Positions 39,548-49,552 are shown, counted from the stretch's first letter. The stretch: 64,000 nt of DNA from Saprospiraceae bacterium (GCA_016715405.1 JADKAE010000004.1:119693-183692); one strand, 5' to 3'. A program made the numbers and translations. The notes: generated from the letters alone by a model not told the origin.

Positions 39548-40261
39548 ATGAGATTTGTATACACCATTTTGAGCATGATAGTACTGTCCACCGCGGCTTT
39601 GGCACAACCGCAGTGGGAAGTCGGCGCCTTTATCGGTCTGGCCAACTATCAGGGCGACCTGGTTAAGGAAACTTTTCCCCTGTTTAAAGAAGGAAACCCC
39701 TCGTTTGGCTTTGGCGGGCGATATGTGTACGACTACACCTGGAGCTTTCGCGGCAATTTTACAATAGGAAAAATCACAGGCGATGATATCAACTATCGCA
39801 GTGACGAATTTCGCGCGGGTCGCAATGCCCGTTTTGAAAATACCCTCGCCGAATTGTCGGTAGGGGCAGAGTGGGAGCCTTTCGGTGAATGGCGCTACCT
39901 GTCGGGTATGGGATTTAAAAAAATGATATCCCCCTATATTTTTGCGGGGGTAGGCTTCACCTTTACCGGCCTCGATGCGCAATACCCCGCTCCTGAAACG
40001 GTTTCTCCGGGCATGGCCCTATTGCTTGCCCAGGATAAAAATGCCAACTTTTCCAAAACCTTGATCGTGTTGCCTGTCGGTTTGGGTGTAAAATTTGACT
40101 TGGCCGAATACTGGTTTCTGGGCCTCGAATTCGGCATGCGCTACGCCTTTACCGATTACCTCGATGGAATCAGCAAAGCCGGCAACCCCGATGGAAGTGA
40201 TTGGTACCAATTTTCAGGTTTCCAGGTAGTACACCGCCTGCGCAATACCAGGAGAAGATGA
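39548..40261 (+). CDS. DUF6089-family outer-membrane beta-barrel protein
   Basis: 237 aa with a signal peptide. QPQWEVGAFIGLANYQGDLV... is paralogous to the N-terminal domain of the preceding gene. Confidence 0.75.
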   Translation: MRFVYTILSMIVLSTAALAQPQWEVGAFIGLANYQGDLVKETFPLFKEGNPSFGFGGRYVYDYTWSFRGNFTIGKITGDDINYRSDEFRAGRNARFENTLAELSVGAEWEPFGEWRYLSGMGFKKMISPYIFAGVGFTFTGLDAQYPAPETVSPGMALLLAQDKNANFSKTLIVLPVGLGVKFDLAEYWFLGLEFGMRYAFTDYLDGISKAGNPDGSDWYQFSGFQVVHRLRNTRRR

Positions 40262-40264
40262 TGT

Positions 40265-40340
40265 AATTGCGGATTTCGGATTTCGGATTGCGGATTTATC
40301 CTTGAACAATCCGAAATCCGCAATCCGAAATCCGAAATTG
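40265..40340. terminator. periodic-arm hairpin (TTCGGAT type) between convergent genes
   Basis: aattgcggatttcggatttcggattgcggattt / aatccgaaatccgcaatccgaaatccgaaatt with loop atccttgaac. Confidence 0.6.
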
Positions 40341-40341
40341 A

Positions 40342-42471
40342 TTAGCCGTGTGTTTCCGCCACCTCCGCTTTATGCGCTTCGATCAGCTTTTGCTGAATAT
40401 CATTGGGAACGGGGCTGTACTCTGAAAACTTGAGGCTGAACTTAGCCCGTCCCTGCGTAAGCGAACGCAGCGTAGAAGAATACATATACAACTCGGCCAG
40501 TGGCGCGCGGGCGATAATTTTCTGATAGTGCCCGTCGGAGTCCATCCCGAGAATGATCGCGCGGCGCGTTTGCAAGTCGCCCATCACATCGCCCATCACA
40601 TCGTCGGAGCAGAGAATCTCCAGGTTGTAAATCGGTTCCAGCAATTGCGGGCCTGCATTGGTAAAGGCTTCGCGGAAGGCTTGTATAGAGGCGAGCATAA
40701 AGGCCATATCGTTGGAGTCTACCGGGTGCATCTTGCCGTCGAAGATACTCACGCGGATATCCTGGCAATAAGAACCCGTGAGCGGGCCTTCTTCCATTTT
40801 AGACATAATACCCTTTTTGATCGCGCTTGAAAACTTGGCGTCGATCGAGCCGCCCACAATACACCATAAGTAAGCCAGTTTGCCGCCCCAGGGTAAGTTC
40901 TCGATGTCCGTATTTTTTACGGTAAGTTCGGAAGGGTTGGGCATGCCTTCGTGGAAAGGCTCTATACGCATGTGCACTTCGGCAAATTGGCCGGCGCCGC
41001 CCGTTTGTTTCTTATGGCGGAACATCGTATTGGCCATCTTGGTGATCGTCTCGCGGTAGGCGATTCTCGGGCGGATAAAGTCCATCGTCACACCCTGTGT
41101 GCGTTCTACCCTGTTTTTAACGATTTCGAGGTGCAACTGGCCCTGTCCGTGCAGCAAGGTCTGCTTAAGCGTTTGCGATTGTTCGAGGATCAGCGTAGGG
41201 TCCTCTTCTGCGATGGCGTGCAGTGCCTTCATCAGCTTCTCCATGTCGTTTTTGTTGGGAGGCTGCACAGCCACAGTCACGCGTGGGTCGGGGAAATGCA
41301 TCGGCTCGATGCGGCGGTCGTTGCCTTTGGGGTTGAGTGTTTGGTTGGTGTGCGTGTTTTTGAGTTTCACTGTTACGCCGACATCACCGGCCCGTAGCTC
41401 ATTCACCGGTTCGCGGTCTTTGCCATTGGAGATATAGAGTTGGCCAAATCGCTCTGCGGTGCGGTTATTGGCGTTCACCAATTCGTCGCCGGCGCGCAAC
41501 ACGCCCGAGTAGACTTTAAAATAAGAAACCGTACCCACTTTGGGTTCTGTAACGGTTTTGTAAATAAAAACAGTGGCATCGCCTGCGGGGTCGCAGGGAA
41601 GCGTACCGCCTCCTTCGAGATCGGCGGCGGGGCGGTCGGCAGGCGAGGGCAAACATCGTTGATAAAGCCCATGATGCGGCCGCTGCCCATGTTATTCGTA
41701 GAAGAGCAGCAGAATACCGGAAAGATCTGCTGGTTGGCAATCGCAATGCGAAGCCCCATCGACAGATCTTCTTCTGAAGCGTACCCTGCTCAAAAATCGC
41801 TCCATCAAACCCTCTTCGTTTTCGGCAGCAGCCTCTACCAGGGCGTTGTGCATAGCCAGGGCGCGGTCTTTCTCGGCATCGGGAATGGGTTTTCTTTTCG
41901 GGTTTGCGCCGCCGGCGGGAAATACATAGGTAGTCATGCGCAGCACGTCGACAATCGTATTAAAGCCCGTGCCGGCATTGAGCGGGTATTGGATGGGAAT
42001 GACCCTGTGGCCGAAGCGGCTGCGAGCCTGTTCCAGTGTAGTGTCGTAATCAGCTTTTTCGGAATCAAGTTGGTTGATGACAAAAATGGTAGGCGCTTTA
42101 AAGCGCTCGATATATTCCCATATCAGCTCCGTGCCTACTTCCACGCCGCTTTTGGCATTGAGCAACATGACCGCCGTATCGGCAACCTTGAGCGAAGATA
42201 CTACCTCGCCTACAAAATCGTCAAAACCCGGCGTGTCAATAACATTGATTTTGGATTCTTTCCAGGTGTCGTGCAAAAGCGTACTGAATATAGAATTGCC
42301 GCGTTCGTGCTCTATATCGGTATAATCGGAAACGGTATTTCCTTCTTCCACTTTGCCCCTGCGTCCTATCGTCTTTGACTCATACAGCATGGTTTCTGCA
42401 AAAGTGGTTTTGCCTGCCCCCGGGTGGCCCAACAATACGACGTTTCTGATGTGTTTGGTATCGAAGCTCAT
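40342..42471 (-). CDS. elongation factor G paralogue (three indels)
   Basis: G1 GHPGAGKTT, DTPGFDDF and NQLD are present. The fragments at 41692-42471, 41475-41759 and 40342-41652 join as ..GLMERFFEQGTLSEEDLSMGLRIAIANQQIFPVFCCSS..INDV.LPSPADRP.. with repairs near 41795, 41777 and 41650. Confidence 0.85.
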
Positions 42472-42704
42472 AAGCCATTATACTTTTGATGTGATCAATG
42501 AAGTCGCTCTATCGTAGCAATCGTTTTTAGCGCAATGAAAATATCAAAAGAATGGAAACGAGCAAAATAATCAACGGTGTTTTGTCACTTTTCACAAATA
42601 AAACTAAACCCCAGTTATAATTCTTACCTCCAGGTTTAGCACCTGAAGTCTCTATTCAACGAATGAATCGCAAATATATGATGCGTTTGGCGAAAAAAAA
42701 ATAG

Positions 42705-42914
42705 TTAATCAATGAACCCGTTTTCCTGCAGCACCCCTATTGCGGCTTCTGCTTTGTCATCCGGCACGATAAGCTCGGCCTCTCCAATAGCTGGGAAGTT
42801 GGGGTCGGGACCACGATAAATATGGCTCTCTATGCCGTTTTGCTTGAGCGCGTCTTCCGCTAATTTGGCTTGAAATACATCAGCGGCAATAAACACTTTC
42901 GTCCACCCTTCCAT
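42705..42914 (-). CDS. DUF2007 (putative signal-transducing) small protein
   Basis: 69 aa, MEGWTKVFIAADVFQAKLAEDALKQNGIESHIY.... Confidence 0.65.
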   Translation of the reverse strand: MEGWTKVFIAADVFQAKLAEDALKQNGIESHIYRGPDPNFPAIGEAELIVPDDKAEAAIGVLQENGFID

Positions 42915-42981
42915 AATGTATTGGTTTTAAGTTGATAAATTAGAAACGCCGCACTTAATTGGGCGTTTTGATTAGGACTTT

Positions 42982-42995
42982 TTGTAAATTTACAA
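42982..42995. promoter_or_regulatory. perfect 14-bp palindrome TTGTAAATTTACAA
   Basis: TTGTA-N4-TACAA lies in the divergent intergenic region, 68 nt from the DUF2007 ATG and 137 nt from the cytochrome c ATG. Confidence 0.35.
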
Positions 42996-43113
42996 CAATT
43001 GACTGAAAAACTCAATGACAGCAACTCATTTTACCCCCCCTCTTGCTCAGATAAATAACTACAAAACGAATACCTGAATTGTGAGTTGATACGTATTATT
43101 TCATAACCAACTT

Positions 43114-43121
43114 TAAATTTG
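43114..43121 (+). promoter_or_regulatory. -7 promoter box TAAATTTG
   Basis: An exact TAnnTTTG match, 10 nt upstream of ATG 43132. Confidence 0.45.
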
Positions 43122-43131
43122 AACACCGATC

Positions 43132-44094
43132 ATGAAAAAAGTGCTTAAAGTAGTTGCCTGGCTGCTGGGCATCGTCTTACTCATTGTAGCCGGCGTGGCT
43201 GCCTGGATCAATTTCGCCCCTGCACCCACGTACGATCCGCCGACTATTCCCGAACTCAAGGTAGAAGTTACGCCCGAACGAGTCGCCCAAGGGGCTAAAA
43301 TTGCCTCCATGCAATGCGTCATCTGCCATACAGGCAGCGACGGCAAGCTTAGCGGCCAGATCCTCAAAGACTCTCCCAAGGCTTTTGGGAAATTTCATTC
43401 GGCTAATATTACTAAACATCCCGACAGGGGTATTGGTAAGTGGACCGACGGAGAGATCTATTATTTCCTGCGCACCAGCGTGCGCAAAGACGGCAGATTT
43501 GCCACCCCCGCTATGCCTAAATTCCCTAAAGCCGCCGACGAAGACCTCTATTCCGTGATCGCCTGGTTGCGGTCAGACGATCAGCGCCTGGAACCCAGCG
43601 AAAGGGGCTCGCACCCCCAGGAACTCACCTTCCTGGCCAAGGCATTGATGAAATTTGTATTCCGACCCTATCCTTTCCCCACGGAGCCCATCCCCCTGCC
43701 CGATACTGCCAATGCAGTTGAGCTGGGACGCTATCTGGCCACCGGCCTGTATGGCTGTTACGATTGCCATTCTGCCGATTTTGCCACCAATAACGCACTC
43801 GAACCCGAAAAATCAGTTGGATTTTTTGGCGGCGGCAATCCCATGCTCGATATGGAAGGCAACGTGATGCCCTCCGCAAATATCACCCCCGACCCGGAAA
43901 CCGGTATCGGCAGTTGGACGGAAGAACAGTTTGTGCAAACTGTGAAACACGGCAGAAGACCCGATGGCACCTCTATTCGCTATCCTATGCTGCCGCATAC
44001 GCCCCTTACCGACGGCGAGGTGAAGGCCATCTATGCCTACCTGCGCACGGTGCCGCCTGTCAAAAATAAGGTGGAACGACCCGCGTTTGATTGA
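43132..44094 (+). CDS. membrane-anchored dihaem c-type cytochrome
   Basis: 320 aa with an N-terminal TM helix and two CxxCH motifs (CVICH, CYDCH). Confidence 0.8.
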   Translation: MKKVLKVVAWLLGIVLLIVAGVAAWINFAPAPTYDPPTIPELKVEVTPERVAQGAKIASMQCVICHTGSDGKLSGQILKDSPKAFGKFHSANITKHPDRGIGKWTDGEIYYFLRTSVRKDGRFATPAMPKFPKAADEDLYSVIAWLRSDDQRLEPSERGSHPQELTFLAKALMKFVFRPYPFPTEPIPLPDTANAVELGRYLATGLYGCYDCHSADFATNNALEPEKSVGFFGGGNPMLDMEGNVMPSANITPDPETGIGSWTEEQFVQTVKHGRRPDGTSIRYPMLPHTPLTDGEVKAIYAYLRTVPPVKNKVERPAFD

Positions 44095-44174
44095 TTTCGG
44101 AATGCGGATTTCGGAATGCGGATTTATCTCTGAACAATCCGCAATCCGAAATCCAAAATCCGAAATCCAGAATT
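44090..44174. terminator. periodic-arm hairpin (TTCGGAT type), second copy
   Basis: ttgatttcggaatgcggatttcggaatgcggattt / aatccgcaatccgaaatccaaaatccgaaatccagaatt with loop atctctgaac. The left arm overlaps the stop codon. Confidence 0.6.
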
Positions 44175-44250
44175 CCACACAACCATGGCGCCCTTTTTGC
44201 CGTCTTTGCCTTATATCGCAGAATTATTTGCGCTGAATCATAAAAAACGG

Positions 44251-44258
44251 TAACTTTG
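44251..44258 (+). promoter_or_regulatory. -7 promoter box TAACTTTG
   Basis: An exact TAnnTTTG match, 7 nt upstream of ATG 44266. Confidence 0.45.
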
Positions 44259-44265
44259 CGCACTT

Positions 44266-45090
44266 ATGAAAATGAGGCATCTATTAATTGTATTTTGTTT
44301 GGGGGCAATCGGGTGGGCTACATCCTGCAAAAGCGAGTTTGAACGCATCAGGGCTAGCGGCGATCCAGCCGCCATGTACACCAAAGCCACCGATTATTAC
44401 GACAAGGGCGAATACCAAAAAGCGCAGGCGCTCTACGAATTGGTGATAAGCAGTTATCGCGGGCGCAAAGAAGCAGAGGATATCTCGTATCGCTACGCAT
44501 ACACCTATTACCACCTGGGCCAGTATATCCTGGCGGCTTATTATTTCAAGAATTTTGTGCAAACATTCGGCGCCAGCACCAAACGCGAAGAAGCGGATTA
44601 CATGGCTGCATACTCAAATTACCAGCTTTCACCCAGTTTTCGCCTCGACCAGTCGTACACAATTAGTGCCATAGAAGGCCTTCAACTGTTTGTAAGCACC
44701 TACCCGCAAAGCGAAAAAGTGGCCGATTGCAATAGACTGATAGACGAAATGCGCAAAAAACTGGAGCGCAAAGCTTACGAAGAGGCCAATTTGTACTTTG
44801 ACCTGCGGAGTTACCAGTCGGCTATCCAAACCTATGAAAACCTACTGAAAGACTACCCCGAAACCGACAATGCAGAACGGGTGCGCTATATGATTGCCCG
44901 CTCGGCCTATCTGCTGGCTATAAACAGTTTTGTTGAAAAACAGGAACCTCGATTCAGAGAAGCTATCAACTACTCGACCGAATTCCTGGAGCGCTACCCC
45001 AAAAGCGAATTCAAAAATGAAGTTTCGTCGTTTTACGATAATTCCAGAAAAAAATTAAATCAATTGACGAATGTCGGATATCAAAACTAA
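44266..45090 (+). CDS. bamD: outer membrane protein assembly factor BamD
   Basis: 274-aa lipoprotein (GWATSC) with TPR-like repeats, in the conserved bamD-rpoZ-coaBC-DUF4835 order of Bacteroidota. Confidence 0.8.
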   Translation: MKMRHLLIVFCLGAIGWATSCKSEFERIRASGDPAAMYTKATDYYDKGEYQKAQALYELVISSYRGRKEAEDISYRYAYTYYHLGQYILAAYYFKNFVQTFGASTKREEADYMAAYSNYQLSPSFRLDQSYTISAIEGLQLFVSTYPQSEKVADCNRLIDEMRKKLERKAYEEANLYFDLRSYQSAIQTYENLLKDYPETDNAERVRYMIARSAYLLAINSFVEKQEPRFREAINYSTEFLERYPKSEFKNEVSSFYDNSRKKLNQLTNVGYQN

Positions 45091-45427
45091 AGTGCAGGGC
45101 CTGGACCCCAACGTGAGAGCCCGCAATCTAACCCAGCTCGTAAAAGATACGGGCAACATCTACGAGGTAATGGCTATCATTACCAAACGCGCCAAGCAAT
45201 TGGCCGTGGATATCAAACACGAGTTGCACCAGAAGCTCGAAGAATTTGCCGTGAGCTCTGATACGATCGAGGAGATCAACGAAAACAAAGAGCAAATCGA
45301 GATCTCTAAATTTTACGAGCGTTTGCCCAATCCGGCTATCATCGCTACCGAAGAGTATCTCGACGGCGAGATTTATTACCGGTACCAGGACAAGAAGAAG
45401 CGCAAGCCACTCAACAGCGGCGAATAA
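45071..45427 (+). CDS. rpoZ: DNA-directed RNA polymerase subunit omega
   Basis: 118 aa. ..NIYEVMAIITKRAKQL...KLEEFAV...ENKEQIEISKFYERLPNPAIIATEEYLDGEIYYR matches Bacteroidota omega. It overlaps bamD by 20 nt. Confidence 0.8.
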   Translation: MSDIKTKVQGLDPNVRARNLTQLVKDTGNIYEVMAIITKRAKQLAVDIKHELHQKLEEFAVSSDTIEEINENKEQIEISKFYERLPNPAIIATEEYLDGEIYYRYQDKKKRKPLNSGE

Positions 45428-45440
45428 GTTATTCTGACCT

Positions 45441-46637
45441 TTGAAAGGCAAGAAGATCATTGTGGGGGTCACCGGCAGCATCGCCGCCTACAAAGCGGCC
45501 ACGCTCGTCAGGCTGCTGGTGAAGGCAGGCGCCGAAGTCAGGGTGCTCATGACGCCCGCTGCCCAGCAATTTATCAGCCCGCTTACCCTGGCCACCCTCT
45601 CCAAACATCCTGTACATAGCGAGATCAGCTCCGAATCGGCCTGGAATAATCACGTCGAAATGGGCCTGTGGGCCGATGCCCTCGTGGTAGCCCCGCTTAC
45701 CGCCTCTACGCTGGCTAAAATGGCGCACGGCATTTGCGACAATATCCTCGTGGCCGTCTACCTCTCCGCCCGCTGTCCCGTATTTTTTGCCCCCGCCATG
45801 GATGTGGATATGTGGGCGCATCGCTCCACACAAGACAACGTAAAACGCCTGCTCGATTGCGGCAACCACCTCATACCGGTAGGCGTAGGCGAATTGGCCA
45901 GCGGACTCATCGGCGAAGGGCGTATGGCCGAGCCCGAAGATATTGTGGCCACCCTCGCCGCCCATTTTCAATCGGCAGATACCCTCAAAGGCCGCAAAGT
46001 GATGATCACCGCCGGCCCTACCTACGAACCCATCGACCCCGTGCGCTTTATCGGCAACCGCTCCTCCGGCAAGATGGGCATAGCGCTGGCCGACGAGGCC
46101 GCCGCTCGCGGCGCCGAAGTGACGCTCATTCTGGGCCCTTCGTTTTACGGCCCTCAACACCCCGGCGTAACAACCATAGCTGTGCAAACCGCAGATGAGA
46201 TGTACGAGGCCGCCCTCATGCATTTTCCCGGCAGCGACGTGGCCATACTTTCAGCCGCAGTGGCCGATTACCGGCCGCAGGATACCGCCAACCAGAAACT
46301 CAAAAAAATAGCCGATACGCTGCCCATTCAATTGGTGAAAAACCCCGATATCGCCGCCGAACTGGGGCGCCTAAAAACCACAAAGCAGCTCATCGTCGGC
46401 TTTGCGCTGGAAACAAACGACGAAATACCCAACGCAAAGGCCAAAATGGAAAAGAAAAACTTCGACTTCATCGTCCTGAACTCCCTCAACGACCCCGGCG
46501 CCGGCTTCGTGCACGATACCAACAAGATTTCTATTCTGCATCGAAACAATAAGATATTGCATTTCGAGTTAAAAAGTAAAACCGCGGTGGCCGCCGATAT
46601 CATTGATGAGGTGGCAACACTGCTTTCCGATTTTTAA
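45441..46637 (+). CDS. coaBC: bifunctional phosphopantothenoylcysteine decarboxylase / phosphopantothenate-cysteine ligase
   Basis: 398 aa. The N-terminal flavoprotein is KIIVGVTGSIAAYKA.., and the C-terminal ligase has ITAGPTYEPIDPVRFIGNRSSGKMG. Confidence 0.9.
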   Translation: MKGKKIIVGVTGSIAAYKAATLVRLLVKAGAEVRVLMTPAAQQFISPLTLATLSKHPVHSEISSESAWNNHVEMGLWADALVVAPLTASTLAKMAHGICDNILVAVYLSARCPVFFAPAMDVDMWAHRSTQDNVKRLLDCGNHLIPVGVGELASGLIGEGRMAEPEDIVATLAAHFQSADTLKGRKVMITAGPTYEPIDPVRFIGNRSSGKMGIALADEAAARGAEVTLILGPSFYGPQHPGVTTIAVQTADEMYEAALMHFPGSDVAILSAAVADYRPQDTANQKLKKIADTLPIQLVKNPDIAAELGRLKTTKQLIVGFALETNDEIPNAKAKMEKKNFDFIVLNSLNDPGAGFVHDTNKISILHRNNKILHFELKSKTAVAADIIDEVATLLSDF

Positions 46638-46655
46638 TCGACACAAATAGGTACA

Positions 46656-47570
46656 ATGAATAATTTTGGACTAAAACTGGCTTCCTTCATTCTGGTTGTC
46701 GCAGCCTTTATGGGCAGCGCACAAGCCCAGGAACTCAACGCCACCGTCAAGATCAATACGCAAAAGCTGCAGACGGCAGACCCCAGGGTATTTGAAACGC
46801 TGGAACAGACGCTTCGCGAATTTCTCAATAGCCAGAAATGGACCGAAGACGTGTTTGACAACCCCGAGCGCATCAATTGCAATTTTATCCTCACTATTCA
46901 GGAAGAACGCTCGGCTACGTCTTTTAAAGCTGAATTGGCCGTGCAATCATCCCGGCCTATCTACGGCTCCGACCAGGAGACTCCGCTGTTGAATTACCTC
47001 GACAAAGAGCTTACATTCGAATACGAACAATTTCAGCCCCTGGTATATTCCAAAAACGCGTATAATGACAACCTCTCTTCGGTATTGTCATTTTACGTAT
47101 ATGTCATCCTCGGGCTCGATTACGATTCTTTTGCCGCCCTGGGAGGTGAGCGTTATTTCCAGACGGCCCAGGAAATAGTCAACAACGTGCCCTCCAACGT
47201 AACCGCCGCCAACCCGGGTTGGCGCTCGATGGAAAGCAACCGCAACCGCTTCTGGCTGATCGAAAACCTCTTGTCGCCCCGGGTACGCCCCTTGCGCCAG
47301 GCTATCTACGACTACCACCGCCAGGGCCTCGATATCATGCCGGAGAATGTAGACAACGGCCGCGCCAATATCTCCCTCGCCCTCGAACAACTCGACAAGG
47401 TGAACCAGGCCTACCCCAATGCGATGATCGTGCAGCTATTCAGCAACGCCAAAGCCAACGAAATTATAGAGATCTTCAAAAGAGGCACGATGGCCCAGCA
47501 GGACCGCGTAATTCAGATTATGACTAAGGTGGATGCCACGAATTCGGCGAAGTATAGGGCGATAAAGTGA
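46656..47570 (+). CDS. DUF4835 family protein (annotated in some resources as the T9SS component PorD)
   Basis: 304 aa with a signal peptide. ELNATVKINTQKLQTADPRVFETLEQTLREFLNSQKWTEDVF... and the position after coaBC are typical of the family. Confidence 0.7.
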   Translation: MNNFGLKLASFILVVAAFMGSAQAQELNATVKINTQKLQTADPRVFETLEQTLREFLNSQKWTEDVFDNPERINCNFILTIQEERSATSFKAELAVQSSRPIYGSDQETPLLNYLDKELTFEYEQFQPLVYSKNAYNDNLSSVLSFYVYVILGLDYDSFAALGGERYFQTAQEIVNNVPSNVTAANPGWRSMESNRNRFWLIENLLSPRVRPLRQAIYDYHRQGLDIMPENVDNGRANISLALEQLDKVNQAYPNAMIVQLFSNAKANEIIEIFKRGTMAQQDRVIQIMTKVDATNSAKYRAIK

Positions 47571-47580
47571 TGGGCTGATT

Positions 47581-47642
47581 GTTTATGGGTTTATAGGTTT
47601 ATGGGTTTATTGATAAACATATAAACCCATAAACCCATAAAC
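47581..47642. terminator. periodic-arm hairpin (GTTTATGGG type), second copy
   Basis: gtttatgggtttataggtttatgggtttat / ataaacatataaacccataaacccataaac forms a ~30-bp stem with a few mismatches, between convergent genes. Confidence 0.65.
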
Positions 47643-47653
47643 GGATACCCCAA

Positions 47654-48533
47654 TCAAACCACCTTCAAACTCATATCCAGGCTGGTTGCCGAATGCGTAA
47701 GCGCGCCCACAGAGATATAATCCACGCCCGTTTGGGCTACGCGGCGCACATTGTGGATGGTGACGCCGCCGGAGGCTTCGGTTTCGAATCGTTTATCTAC
47801 GGTAGCCACGGCTTCTTCGAGCAGGGGTAATTCAAAATTGTCGAACATAATGCGGGTGATCTGGCCGACTTCGAGGGCTTCGGCGAGTTCTACCAGGTTG
47901 CGCACTTCGAGGGTGACGCCCAACTGGAGGTTGTTGGCTTTTTGATATTCAGCCACGCGCTGTACGGCCGGGGTAATCCCTCCGCAGGCGTCGATATGAT
48001 TGTCTTTGATCATTATCCAATCGTAGAGTCCTACGCGGTAATTGTGGCAGCCGCCGAGCTTGACGGCCCATTTTTCGAGGAAGCGGATCAGCGGCGTCGT
48101 TTTTCTCGTATCGAGGATTTTTACGGGCAAATCTTCTACTTCAAAAGCAAAATGGTTGCTGAGGGTAGCGATGCCGCTCATGCCGTTGCATGGTGTTGAG
48201 CGTCACGCGCTCGGCACGCAATAGCGCCTGTGTGTTGCATTCCACTTTGAAGGCGATATCGCCGTAATTGACCTCGCTGCCGTCGGCAATGAGCGATTCG
48301 AAAGTAGAAGAAGGGTCTACTTTTTCAAATATGCGGCGGGCTACTGCTACGCCGGCAATGACGCCCACGTCTTTTATCTTCAATTGCGCCTTGCTGCGCA
48401 TATCGGGGGGAATACAAGCTTTTGACGTGTGGTCGCCGTCGCGCACGTCTTCGAATATGGCGCGGTCGATGAAATCATCGAGCAGCGCTGCCACGTCGGC
48501 AGGTAACGGAGAGGTTGTGCTCATAGTACTCAT
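47654..48533 (-). CDS. nadC: nicotinate-nucleotide diphosphorylase (carboxylating) (one indel)
   Basis: ORFs 48141-48533 and 47654-48181 join as ..RAERVTLNTMQR.MSGIATL..ILDTRKTTP..HR.GL.D..MIKDNH, with an indel near 48184. Confidence 0.9.
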
Positions 48534-48541
48534 GGATTTTT

Positions 48542-48623
48542 AACCACAGAGTTTCACTGAGTTTACACGGAGTTACACAGAGTGAGATTATACCCTCTGT
48601 GTAACTCCGTGTCCTCTGTGGTT
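48542..48623. terminator. two-tier hairpin
   Basis: The outer pair is aaccacagag / ctctgtggtt and the inner pair cacggagttacacagag / ctctgtgtaactccgtg (17 bp perfect), with loop tgagattatacc. It lies between the porin stop and the nadC ATG. Confidence 0.7.
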
Positions 48624-48652
48624 AATAAAAATCTTTGTCCAAGTCTTACGGA

Positions 48653-49374
48653 TCAGAACAAGATGCCCAGTTTCAGGGTAATCGCGTTGATGATAGCCTT
48701 GGCGTCTTCTTTGCGATTGCCGCGGGGGTCAAAAACCGTTCCGTTATCGTCGCTTACATCGGTAAAGCCGATCTGAAATCCTAAACCGGCTATCAGGCTG
48801 GTGCTCGTCGAAAGGCTGTATTCAATACCGCCGCCGACGCCCCACGACATGTAGATACCGTTGACTTCTTTGGTAATATTGAATTTTTCTTCGTTTTCAC
48901 CCGATTGGCTCGGGTCGTTGATTACGCCGCGCGCCTGGGTTTTGATACCTATCGATATGCCGGGTTCGAGGAAATAGCGAATGTAGCCGAATTCGTTGGT
49001 GCGCATCTTGAGGCCGATCGGAATTTCCAGGTATTGCACGCCGTATTTGAGCTTGCTGCCATTGGAAAGCGAGTCGAGCGTAGACGGCAGGTCGGACTTG
49101 GTCCAGTATTGTCCGCCGTAATCGTGTAGCAGCGTACCGCCGCTGTTGAAGGCAAATCCAGCCCTGTGCTGAGGGCGTAGTTTTCGCCGATAAGGTACTC
49201 GCCGATCATACCTAGTTTCAAACCCAAATTGGTGCCGCTGGGGTTTATTTTGTTGTTGTTGGTCGACATCCAGGAAAAGGACGGACTCAATTGAAAGCCG
49301 AAGCGAATATCATCCTGTGCAGAAATTGTTAAAACATTGCACAAAAAGGCGGCAAGAATGACAATTTTTTTCAT
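48653..49374 (-). CDS. outer-membrane beta-barrel protein (porin / PorT-like family) (one indel)
   Basis: Start MKKIVILAAFLCNVLTISAQ. ORFs 48949-49413 and 48653-49039 join (..ENYALSTGLGFAFNSGGTLL..) if a G is added near 49158. The C-terminal residue is Phe. Confidence 0.75.
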
Positions 49375-49420
49375 TATTGCATTGTTTTTTGTAGACGCTG
49401 TAAAGTTATACATCGCTTTG

Positions 49421-49552
49421 CGGTTACCAGAGGTGAAATCTTGACAAGTTTATTTTTTGCCCTGCAAGGCACAAAGCGCAGCGTAGCCCAAGCTACGGCG
49501 GCATTGTAACGCGCAGGGCGAAAAAGAAAGGGACAAAATCCTCTGGTAACCG
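49421..49552. repeat. 132-nt extended imperfect hairpin in a divergent intergenic region
   Basis: The outer pair is cggttaccagagg / cctctggtaaccg (13 bp perfect). The middle pair is ttttttgccctgc / gcagggcgaaaaa and the tip is gtagc-ccaa-gctac. Confidence 0.7.
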
